Positions 56,336 through 64,000 of a DNA stretch of 64,000 bases are shown here, piece after piece. The stretch is from positions 73-64,072 of the forward strand of contig DZBJ01000004.1 in the NCBI GenBank assembly GCA_022736275.1, read 5' to 3'. The position numbers and the translations under genes were made by a program. The first letter of the stretch is position 1; every line of letters begins with the position of its first letter. The notes under the pieces are model-generated. The model worked only from the letters and a program-made list of their open reading frames with translations, did no database searches and had not been told where the DNA came from. The stretch comes from Rikenella microfusus (GTDB lineage: Bacteria > Bacteroidota > Bacteroidia > Bacteroidales > VadinHA17).

Positions 56336-56974
56336 ATGGAGACCGAAGCCTTGGGAGAAAATTCAAATACATTTACAGATCAGCCGTTCAGTGTAAATTC
56401 ACGGAGGAATGCACCTTCAAGGGAGTCAAGGCTGAATAATCTCTTTGCCGAGCTCGCAACCGAAGTGCGACAGGATCTGATAAAGTACCTGGAAGGCATG
56501 GGAGTGGTCAATGACCCTGCTATGCTTGTAATTCCTTCATCGAAGCACTTCTTCTATGATGCCGAAGAGATCAGGGGTGTCAAGACTGTTGTGAACCTGA
56601 AACAGCTTAACTACGTGAGAGAGATCCGGGATTTCCTTCGCAATATTTCAGGGCTGCTTCCGCAGGAGAGCAGTTTTGTCGGGTGCTTCATCGATAACAA
56701 ATCGCAGAACGGGTTTTCTGATAAATACAGCAACCTGCCCAGAACCCTCTCCGAAAAGGCCGAGGCCTATGAGAACGGCATCGAGTCAAGAATACCTTTT
56801 ATTAACAGGATGTACAGCTTCATCGACCTCAAGACCAACAGGTATCTCACAAAGAGAACTGTCACCCACCTTCTGGAGGAGTGCAATCTGCAGATCATCG
56901 GTATGACTGAACTGAACGGACTGACCTATTTCCATGCAAGGAGAAGGTCGGCTCAGATCGGGCTGATCGCCTGA
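56336..56974 (+). CDS. hypothetical protein
   Basis: Clean 212-aa ORF in an AT-rich, ORF-poor stretch. It has a vague Rossmann/methyltransferase-like strand-helix pattern (LVIPSSKHF..GCFID..LQIIGM) without a SAM-binding glycine motif. Confidence 0.45.
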   Translation: METEALGENSNTFTDQPFSVNSRRNAPSRESRLNNLFAELATEVRQDLIKYLEGMGVVNDPAMLVIPSSKHFFYDAEEIRGVKTVVNLKQLNYVREIRDFLRNISGLLPQESSFVGCFIDNKSQNGFSDKYSNLPRTLSEKAEAYENGIESRIPFINRMYSFIDLKTNRYLTKRTVTHLLEECNLQIIGMTELNGLTYFHARRRSAQIGLIA

Positions 56975-57079
56975 AAGGAGGTTGGCTCAGAACGGGCTGA
57001 AAGCATAACCATTTAAAAAATCAACGACTCAATTATAAAATATTTTTTAGATACTTAATTAATAATAAAACAGGCTGAG

Positions 57080-58036
57080 ATGAAAAAACTTACTTATTAG
57101 TTTGTGGCACTTGTAATGGTTGCCGCGCTGGGTTCCTGCGAGCAGGATGACAGCGAGATAATACTGAAGAAAGGTAATACAGGTTCACCTGCTGCAATAA
57201 TCCAGTCGGGTGGCGGTATTATTCCCGTTATTATCAAAGGATCAAATAACGGAGGAAATGTAACGTGTGCAGAAGTGGCAGCACATTTTCAGCTTCCCGA
57301 AGGTTATTTTCGCTGTGGAGAGAAGGCAGACTTCAATGATGACATGTTCGACGGTGAATTTCCCGACGGCCTTATGGTTGAAGTGAAAGACGGAAAGTAT
57401 GTTTCTTTTGAAATGGAAGCGCCTCTCGTTATTGATGGCATGGAATACATTGTTGGTGCAGTTATCGTCAAGGGCGGCCCTGCAGCCAATGTCTATTATT
57501 ACCCCGGCGGAACCATGGCTGATGGCGGATTGTCGGCACCTGTGAACAGCTCGGGCAAGCCTGCAGGTCTAAGCAACCTGACATTCTGTCTTGTCAAAGC
57601 CAATCCGCTGGTTATTGCACTGAAAACATACCTGGCTACGCCAATACCTGGTGAGGTAATAACCTATTCGCGTAAGGCCGCATGGGCTGTGAGCGGTGGT
57701 CTTGGCGTCAGCACAGAATACGGCCTCCACATGGGGTACAATTACTACGACTTCAACGGGGAGAATGAATATGACCTTGTCAGGGCTACACTTGATGCCA
57801 TAGTTGGTCCCATTGGAACTATTAAAGCCACTGACTACTGGGAAGGCGATGTCCATTACCTGGAGGTTGTGCTTGACCATGACGATGACAGCTTCGCGTT
57901 TGACGATACCTATCTGTACGTTGGGTCACTCAGGGGTTACCAGGGAAGAGATTACACCGTATTCCAGTTTAAAATAACTGATAATATTGCTGGTCAGAGG
58001 GTCTTTAAAATAGACATGGGCACTATTCTATATTAG
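57080..58036 (+). pseudogene. hypothetical lipoprotein with an in-frame TAG inside the signal peptide
   Basis: ATG at 57080 gives MKKLTY-TAG(57098-57100)-FVALVMVAALGSCEQDD.., which apart from the stop is a canonical n-region, h-region and lipobox. The ORF track starts at the GTG at 57104, which leaves no charged n-region. Confidence 0.5.
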
Positions 58037-58063
58037 ATCTCGCCGGAAGAGATGAGTTTTGAA

Positions 58064-58100
58064 AGAGGAGGGGTTAACCGCTGAGGTTGACCCCTTCTCT
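58064..58100 (+). terminator. 15-bp hairpin after the lipoprotein gene
   Basis: AGAGGAGGGGTTAAC-cgctgag-GTTGACCCCTTCTCT, with 2 G-U pairs. No strong T-run follows. Confidence 0.4.
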
Positions 58101-58442
58101 ATTGTATTACCGTCTGTATTTGGTTAAGGAAACCAAGGCAGTCCGGAGACGGGTTGATAAAATGGAAGCAGCCCTCACTTTCCCGCTCTCCTCTCCGGGG
58201 AGCTTTCTGTGCCGTGAGGGCTGCAACTCAAAATTAAAAAGGACCTTCGGAAGAATAAAGTAACAAAATTATCCTGACCTGACAAAGAAGTAATATACTG
58301 GTTTTGACTAATATATACTATTAAATGGTAAATGAGCAGAAGCAGGTGACAGATGAATTATCCGGCAAATCCTGCCTGCACAGAATAATTGTGATTTTCA
58401 CACTTTTTTCCCCTCTGTAGCATTTTGTAAAGGATTTTTTTC

Positions 58443-58450
58443 TATTTTTG
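58443..58450 (+). promoter_or_regulatory. -7 promoter box TATTTTTG upstream of the candidate sRNA
   Basis: TAnnTTTG match. A TTTG lies 15 nt upstream (58424-58427). The first stem of the hairpin begins 4 nt downstream. Confidence 0.35.
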
Positions 58451-58454
58451 AATT

Positions 58455-58544
58455 AAGGCAGTTCCAGGCACGTACGCTAGTCGGACAATCTGTTAATCTT
58501 TAACATTTATAAAAATGTACGTGGGGGGAGGAACTGCCTTTTTC
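58455..58544 (+). ncRNA. candidate ~90-nt small RNA (rod-like, terminator-ended)
   Basis: AAGGCAGTTCC (58455-65) pairs with GGAACTGCCTT (58530-40). CACGTAC (58469-75) pairs with GTACGTG (58517-23). The apical hairpin is TGTTAA-tct-TTAACA. A TTTTT run follows, and no ORF is present. Confidence 0.35.
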
Positions 58545-58619
58545 TATGCATCCTATAGGCTCCGCCCTTCAAAAAAAGGACCTTATGACTTTAGACTTTT
58601 CGACTTCCTACCCTAATGC

Positions 58620-58648
58620 AAAAAAGAGTTCCGCGATTGCGAAACTCT
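58620..58648 (-). terminator. intrinsic terminator of the tRNA-Val transcription unit
   Basis: The minus strand reads AGAGTTTCGC-aatc-GCGGAACTCT followed by TTTTTT. Confidence 0.65.
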
Positions 58649-58655
58649 ATTTCGG

Positions 58656-58730
58656 TGGGCGATGTAGGGATCGAACCTACGACCCCCTGCTTGTAAGGCA
58701 GGTGCTCTGAACCAACTGAGCTAATCGCCC
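58656..58730 (-). tRNA. tRNA-Val (anticodon TAC)
   Basis: The reverse complement is GGGCGATTAGCTCAGTTGGTTCAGAGCACCTGCCTTACAAGCAGGGGGTCGTAGGTTCGATCCCTACATCGCCCA. It folds into a canonical 75-nt cloverleaf with anticodon loop CTTACAA. Confidence 0.92.
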
Positions 58731-58749
58731 TTCTTGAAAACCTCCCGGT

Positions 58750-58857
58750 CCTACGACCCTCCCGACTGAAAGCCGGGATGCTCTGATGCTGACGCTTGCG
58801 GTCAGCACCCTGACTTCCGCTTTGCGGAACGTCAGGGACCAACTGAGCTAATCGCCC
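58750..58857 (-). pseudogene. tRNA-Val-derived element with a 51-nt insertion in the D-loop position and no T-arm or acceptor 3' strand
   Basis: It shares GGGCGATTAGCTCAGTTGGT, TCAGAGCA and GGGTCGTAGG with the downstream tRNA-Val, in the same order. The insert at 58787-58837 forms two perfect hairpins. The anticodon-like arm is TCCCGG-CTTTCAG-TCGGGA. Confidence 0.5.
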
Positions 58858-58869
58858 GAAAAGCGAGTG

Positions 58870-58877
58870 CAAATATA
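58870..58877 (-). promoter_or_regulatory. -7 promoter box TATATTTG upstream of the tRNA-like element and tRNA-Val
   Basis: Exact TAnnTTTG match on the minus strand, 12 nt upstream of the element's first G. Confidence 0.45.
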
Positions 58878-59165
58878 GTTCATGTTTTTAATTACACAAT
58901 ATCTTTCCGGAAAATTAAGAGCCGGTCTCAATACTGCTTTTTAACCCATTAAGCAACCTTCCCCGGCTGTTCTGAGTCATGTTATTAACTATGTTAATTA
59001 CAGACTCCGGGGGAATGATATAAATAATTGAAAATTATTTATATTAGCTTTTGGTACTTTTTGACTTTGAATGAGTTGCAATCCTGATCCGAAGACTCCC
59101 GGGGTTATAGCTCAACTGTTTGATAAATAGTACGATATGTCTGGCATATCCCGAACCTGACCGTT

Positions 59166-62100
59166 ATGAAACAAACCTGCCTGTTACCCCTGCTGCTTGC
59201 ATCTTTCCTCATCCTGCCTGTGCCGAAGGCTGATGCGCAGGTAGGCCCGGGAGGCGTAGGCAGCATGACAAACACTCAACTATGGCTTCGGTCTGACAGT
59301 CTGATAGCTATCCAGCCACTCTATTTCATAACAAACTGGTATGACCTTTCGGGACACATGCGCGATTTCGGGGCTGTTGTCAGCGGTCAGACCGTCCCGT
59401 CACTGTCACTTAATGTGATTAACGGCTATCCTGCCGTGACATTCTCTGACCAGGGTGGCGCGGGAGGTGACTTCCTCGGGTACAACGGGTCACTTGGCAT
59501 TACAGGATCAGATGCAGCCACCGTTGTCATCGTGGCACGCAATACAACGCCGGCCGATGAACAGAACGGCGGGCTATACATGGGACAGAAAAATGCCGGA
59601 GGGGCGAATGCTGTCAGAAGCTACGGACTTGAATATGATGATGCTGTCAGATTCAACGGCCAGAACCAGGTGTTCAACGACGGACATACTGTGAACGACC
59701 TAAAGATGGTCTACTATACCAATCCTGCAGGTGCATCCGTATCAGCATACGGTGCTTACCTGAACGGGACGCCTCTCACAGGCAGCTCTTCCTCCTCGTT
59801 CGTTCCCTCGCTCATCTCCAACTACGCACTCGTCGGTGCAACTCAGATGAACGGATCCTTCAACCCGGATGGATATTTTAACGGTGACATCATGGAGATA
59901 GCCGTCTTCTCAGGACAGCTCAATGATGCCGAACGTGTGGTTCTTCAGAATAACCTTGGGGCTAAATATCTTATGCCCATCGCTGACGACCATTATGCAT
60001 GGGAGGTGACCCATTCGCATGATGTCTCCGGTATAGCCTCATTTAACGGCACCACCTTCACCAATGCCTGGTCTGCAGGCATGCTTTCAGTCACCTCGCC
60101 AACCGACCTTTCAGAAGGCGAATACCTCTTTTTCGGACACAATAAGGCTGGTGCCAGGACATGGACCACCAGTGAGGTTCCTGCTCCGGGCACCTTCCGC
60201 CTGGCAAGGGAGTGGAGATTTGACGAGACAGGAGAGGCAGGAATCGTCACCATAGCCATACCTGCTTCATCTCTTCCTGCATTACCGACCGGCTACCCGA
60301 TAGTTGGAGTACTGGTTGACAACGACGGCGACTTCACTTCAGGGGCCACCATGCACCGGCCCGTACTTGCGGCAGGTACATACTCTCTATCTCTTAACAT
60401 CGCTGACGGGCAGTATCTTGCAATTATTGCATTCAGACCGGAGGTGAACTTCACCGTACCGTCAGGGTCAGGATTGGAAAGCATAATCAATGTAACCGTA
60501 CAGGCTTATCTCAATTATCCGAACACATCCGATATTTCATTTGACTATGCCGCTACCGGAGGCACGGCAGCCAGCGGCTCAGACTACATCCTGGCGCCGG
60601 GAACGGTCACCATACCTGCCGGGTCAGTCACAGGTTCATTCAACATCACCATTATCAACGATGCTCTTGTGGAACCCAGTGAGACAATCATTGCCGGGCT
60701 TTCCAATCCTTCCGCAGGTGGGTCGATCGGTACGCAGAACAGCTATACCTATACTATTCTGAATGATGATTTTGTCTATGCATCATTATCGTCCGCAACC
60801 TCGTCAGGCCCTGAGGGCAACACACCTGCACCTGTTGCCGCACCTCAGATAGTCGTCAGCGGCGGCATTATCAGCGTTCCCGGCAGCCTGCTTCTTTTGG
60901 TCACCAACGGCACTGCAACCTCCGATGACTGGACCCAGACGACCAACCTTATCAACATTCCGGCAGGCGACTACACCACACCGGTATCAATACCCATATC
61001 CGCCTCAGGGCTCACCATCCAGGGAGATCTTTCCGTTGAGAATGATGAGACCATAAACCTGAGCATGAACACTTTCGTTACAGTGCTTGCCGGACCCGTC
61101 GTTAATTCTGTCTACACGATACTCAATGACGACAATTCAACTGTGAGTGTCACTACTGCCACCCCTGTCATTGCTGAGGGTGGTCCCGGAGCCCCCGGAA
61201 CCGGCACTTTTGTGTTCACCTTTACAAATCCCTCATCCACGGCAAGGACTGTCTCCTATATGGTCAGCGGCACCGCGACATCAGGGACCGATTACGTTGC
61301 CCTTCCCGGTTCATTCGTAATGCCGGCAGGTTCACTGACCTATGATCGTAACCTGACTGCAACAGCTGATCTCATAGTGGAAGGCGACGAGACGGTGACC
61401 GTCACTATCACAGCAGTCTCTGGTGCGCCGGCAATTGCCGTCAATGCGGTGCCTGCGACAATCACAATCCAGGATGATGATCTTCCTGAAATACTCTACT
61501 CGCCGGCATCAGTTACAATGGCGGAGGGATCGACCTCCACCATTGAGGTATGGCTGAGTTCCGCACCGGCAGGCGCGGTCACCCTTAACATATCAACTCT
61601 TCTTCCCGGTGTACTGGTTGTGGGCCCTGCCACGCTCACCTTCAACACCGCAAATTATGCCACACACCAGGCGATAACGGTCCAGGCGGTTGAGAATACC
61701 GTACTGGGAGATCAGACTGATAATATCATTATCTCGGTTAACGACGCTCTCTCGGATAATCCGTTCGACCCGTTACCGGATATTAATATCCCTGTTACAG
61801 TAATCAACAATGACATTGCATCGATCATTGTCAGTCCGGCGACGGTTACAGTTGCCGAGAACGGCACGGCGTCCTTCACCGTTGCGCTGTCGGCGGCTCC
61901 GCCATCGGGAAGCGTTGTCATTGACCTCACAAGCAACAATACGGCTGTTGCCACCATTAACATCCCGCAGCTGACATTCACCACAGCCAACTGGAGTACT
62001 CAGCAGACAATAACTGTCACAGGCATTGACAACAATACTATTCCGGATGCCTCAACCACCATCAGCCTTGCCGTCAATAATGCTCTCTCATATGATGGCT

Positions 62101-64000
62101 ATGACGGCGTTACAGCAACTGTAACCGTCAATGTAACCAATGATGACGTTCCGGGATTTGTTGTCAGTCCACTAACCCTGACCATCAGCGAGGGAGGACC
62201 GGCAGGAGTCTTTACTGTCGTTCTTACCGCACAGCCTTCATCCGATGTAGTATTTGATCTTCTCAATGCCGCTCCTGTTCATACAACTCACGTCTCGCAG
62301 ATCACCTTCACACCCGAAAACTGGAATGTACCCATACCGGTAAGTGTGACAGCTGTGGAGGATGTGCTGGATGCGGACAGGACTGACATAATCACTGTTT
62401 CGGTCAACCAGTCGTTATCCGATAACAACTTTGACGCGATGGCGTCGCAGGATGTCACTGTCACTATTGAGGACAATGACCCTCCGGTAATAACAGGCTG
62501 TCCGGGGAACATAGTCGTCAGCAATGATCCGGGCCTGTGTTCAGCAGTGGTCATCTGGGTAGCTCCTGTATCCACTGCGCCTATGGTCTCCACTCATCTT
62601 CCGGGAGCAGTTTTCCCGGTAGGTGTTACCATTGTAACATACACATCCACTGACAGTGACGGCATGGTATCGACCTGTACCTTTACGGTTACCGTCAACG
62701 ACACGGAAGCGCCGGTCGTCTCCTGTGCCAATGCCACGGTCACTCTTGATGCTTCGGGTAATGCATCGGTAGTTCCTTCTGATCTTCTGTCAGCTGTTCC
62801 TTCTGATAACTGTGCCGTAGCCTCGGTAACTCTCAGCAGGTCATCATTCACCTGTGCCGATCTCGGAAGTGTGACGGTTACAGTCTCTGTCACCGACGCC
62901 AGTGGCAATGCAGCTACATGCGATGCAGTTGTCACTGTCACCGATCCCTTCCCGGCGTCACTCAGCGCCGGACCTGATGATGAGATATGCATCACTCAGC
63001 CCTCATACAGCATTCCCGGAGCGACTGCGGTAAATATGAGTCTTCTGTGGACCACTTCGGGTGACGGCACCTTCAGTGATCCCACTATATTGAATCCGGT
63101 TTACACCCGCGGGGCCACTGATCTCACTACAGTGACGCTCACCCTTGCAGGAAACAAGATAAACGGCTGCCCCGTCGCACTCAATGATGCAATGACTCTG
63201 AGCTTTGCAGGATTACCTGTTGCCAATGCAGGCGCCGACAAGGATATCTGCAGCGGCACCCCTGCCGTGACCTTGAGCGATGCCTCCTCCTCCAACGGAA
63301 CGGTGACATGGACAACATCAGGCAACGGTACCTTCAGTGATCCTGCGGCAATCAACCCGGTTTATACATTCGGTTCTTCCGATACAGGTCCGGTGACACT
63401 TACACTTACAGTCACGAGTACTGAATGCGGCCTGAGCACGGATAATGTTGTCATCACCTTTACATCTGCACCTGTTGCTGATGCCGGACCGGATGCGGCC
63501 GTCTGCGAGACAGCTTCAGGTCACCAGGTTTCAGGAGCCTCACATGCAGGAGGAACAGTAACATGGAGCACCTCTGGTAACGGAACATTCAACGATACCA
63601 CCTCCGACAATCCACTTTACACATTCGGTTCTGCCGACTACACTGCCGGGCAGGTGACCCTGACCATGGAGGTAGCGGGAGGAGGCAGTTGCGGTACTGT
63701 CAATTCATCGATGGTGATAACCATTAACCCGCTGCCACTGCCGGAGGTCGTAAGTCTGAAGAATATCAGTTGCACAGGGCTGGCTGACGGTGAGATTCAT
63801 CTGAGTGCCGGCGCAGGACTTGCTCCTTACACTTACAGTATCGACGGCAGTCCTTTCCAGCCATCAGGCGACTTTACAGGTCTTTCAGCCGCGTCGTACT
63901 ATTTTGAGGTCATGGATGTCAATGGCTGTACGGGCAGTATCACCCTTGACATAACGGAACCGTTACCCTTCACTGCCACACTTGACAGTGCGCGTAACGC
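59166..64000 (+). CDS. giant secreted adhesin-like protein, partial (more than 1,611 aa; runs off the right edge). It combines a LamG-like domain, Calx-beta repeats, HYR domains and a SprB-type repeat.
   Basis: Not in the ORF track because it is open-ended. I translated the frame by hand and found no stop. Signal peptide MKQTCLLPLLLASFLILPVPKADAQ. LamG-like part ..GDIMEIAVFSGQLNDAERVVLQNNLGAKY. Calx-beta units such as GGTAASGSDYILAPGTVTIPAGS..INDALVEPSETI. HYR domain PPVITGCPGNIVVSNDPGLCSAVVIW. SprB repeat NISCTGLADGEIHL..PYTYSIDG. Confidence 0.8.
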   Translation, partial: MKQTCLLPLLLASFLILPVPKADAQVGPGGVGSMTNTQLWLRSDSLIAIQPLYFITNWYDLSGHMRDFGAVVSGQTVPSLSLNVINGYPAVTFSDQGGAGGDFLGYNGSLGITGSDAATVVIVARNTTPADEQNGGLYMGQKNAGGANAVRSYGLEYDDAVRFNGQNQVFNDGHTVNDLKMVYYTNPAGASVSAYGAYLNGTPLTGSSSSSFVPSLISNYALVGATQMNGSFNPDGYFNGDIMEIAVFSGQLNDAERVVLQNNLGAKYLMPIADDHYAWEVTHSHDVSGIASFNGTTFTNAWSAGMLSVTSPTDLSEGEYLFFGHNKAGARTWTTSEVPAPGTFRLAREWRFDETGEAGIVTIAIPASSLPALPTGYPIVGVLVDNDGDFTSGATMHRPVLAAGTYSLSLNIADGQYLAIIAFRPEVNFTVPSGSGLESIINVTVQAYLNYPNTSDISFDYAATGGTAASGSDYILAPGTVTIPAGSVTGSFNITIINDALVEPSETIIAGLSNPSAGGSIGTQNSYTYTILNDDFVYASLSSATSSGPEGNTPAPVAAPQIVVSGGIISVPGSLLLLVTNGTATSDDWTQTTNLINIPAGDYTTPVSIPISASGLTIQGDLSVENDETINLSMNTFVTVLAGPVVNSVYTILNDDNSTVSVTTATPVIAEGGPGAPGTGTFVFTFTNPSSTARTVSYMVSGTATSGTDYVALPGSFVMPAGSLTYDRNLTATADLIVEGDETVTVTITAVSGAPAIAVNAVPATITIQDDDLPEILYSPASVTMAEGSTSTIEVWLSSAPAGAVTLNISTLLPGVLVVGPATLTFNTANYATHQAITVQAVENTVLGDQTDNIIISVNDALSDNPFDPLPDINIPVTVINNDIASIIVSPATVTVAENGTASFTVALSAAPPSGSVVIDLTSNNTAVATINIPQLTFTTANWSTQQTITVTGIDNNTIPDASTTISLAVNNALSYDGYDGVTATVTVNVTNDDVPGFVVSPLTLTISEGGPAGVFTVVLTAQPSSDVVFDLLNAAPVHTTHVSQITFTPENWNVPIPVSVTAVEDVLDADRTDIITVSVNQSLSDNNFDAMASQDVTVTIEDNDPPVITGCPGNIVVSNDPGLCSAVVIWVAPVSTAPMVSTHLPGAVFPVGVTIVTYTSTDSDGMVSTCTFTVTVNDTEAPVVSCANATVTLDASGNASVVPSDLLSAVPSDNCAVASVTLSRSSFTCADLGSVTVTVSVTDASGNAATCDAVVTVTDPFPASLSAGPDDEICITQPSYSIPGATAVNMSLLWTTSGDGTFSDPTILNPVYTRGATDLTTVTLTLAGNKINGCPVALNDAMTLSFAGLPVANAGADKDICSGTPAVTLSDASSSNGTVTWTTSGNGTFSDPAAINPVYTFGSSDTGPVTLTLTVTSTECGLSTDNVVITFTSAPVADAGPDAAVCETASGHQVSGASHAGGTVTWSTSGNGTFNDTTSDNPLYTFGSADYTAGQVTLTMEVAGGGSCGTVNSSMVITINPLPLPEVVSLKNISCTGLADGEIHLSAGAGLAPYTYSIDGSPFQPSGDFTGLSAASYYFEVMDVNGCTGSITLDITEPLPFTATLDSARN

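Noticed and set aside
49346-57100. Stop-codon reassignment (TAA or TAG read as sense) as an explanation for the two in-frame stops.
   Set aside because: Both codons clearly terminate well-conserved genes in this same window: TAA ends rlmN, and TAG ends hutU and folC at the expected protein ends. Mutation or sequence error is far more likely than an altered genetic code.
58168-58224. An 11-bp perfect hairpin (GCAGCCCTCAC..GTGAGGGCTGC) with a 35-nt loop downstream of the lipoprotein gene.
   Set aside because: It has no adjacent promoter box or U-run and no second copy. It could be a stabilising or termination hairpin, but nothing supports a specific function.
58591-58872. The 93-aa minus-strand ORF from the track.
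   Set aside because: It is made up of the tRNA-Val gene, the tRNA-like element and their terminator read as codons, so it is not a protein gene.

Overview
This is a Bacteroidota-type chromosomal segment. The evidence is the T9SS/gliding genes porU, porV, a porP/sprF-like gene and gldJ, many TAnnTTTG -7 promoter boxes, and ATGA/GTGA-coupled operons. Most of the window is densely packed housekeeping DNA: rsgA, dcp, rlmN, recR, alaS, two M23 peptidases, Nif3/COG1579, hutU, ispF, murF, mtaB, a phoH-like gene and folC. The ORF track omits two ORFs that run off the window. I translated both by hand: an integrase fragment at 1-166 (-) and a secreted adhesin of more than 1,611 aa at 59166-64000 (+). 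The features not explained by ordinary genes are listed here. (1) The left edge carries tRNA-Ser(CGA), a 20-bp duplication of its 3' end, an integrase remnant, and a highly structured ~190-nt element lying between the tRNA and a canonical terminator. (2) Heptanucleotide tandem-repeat arrays start at or within about 10 nt of the stop codons of rlmN, hutU, ispF and folC (an adjacent GATTTTC array ends just 3' of the GNAT stop). (3) Three tandem TPR+PD40 beta-propeller paralogues carry different C-terminal anchoring modules. (4) A decaying lipid/carotenoid-like cluster contains an in-frame TAA and a truncated CrtI-like gene. (5) The stretch at 55.4-59.2 kb looks AT-richer by eye and is ORF-poor. 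It contains a lipoprotein gene with an in-frame TAG in its signal peptide, a promoter-to-terminator delimited candidate sRNA, and a tRNA-Val preceded by a tRNA-Val-derived element with a 51-nt two-hairpin insertion. I found no CRISPR array, rRNA or recognisable defence system. All functional calls rest on motif and family recognition by eye, with no database search.
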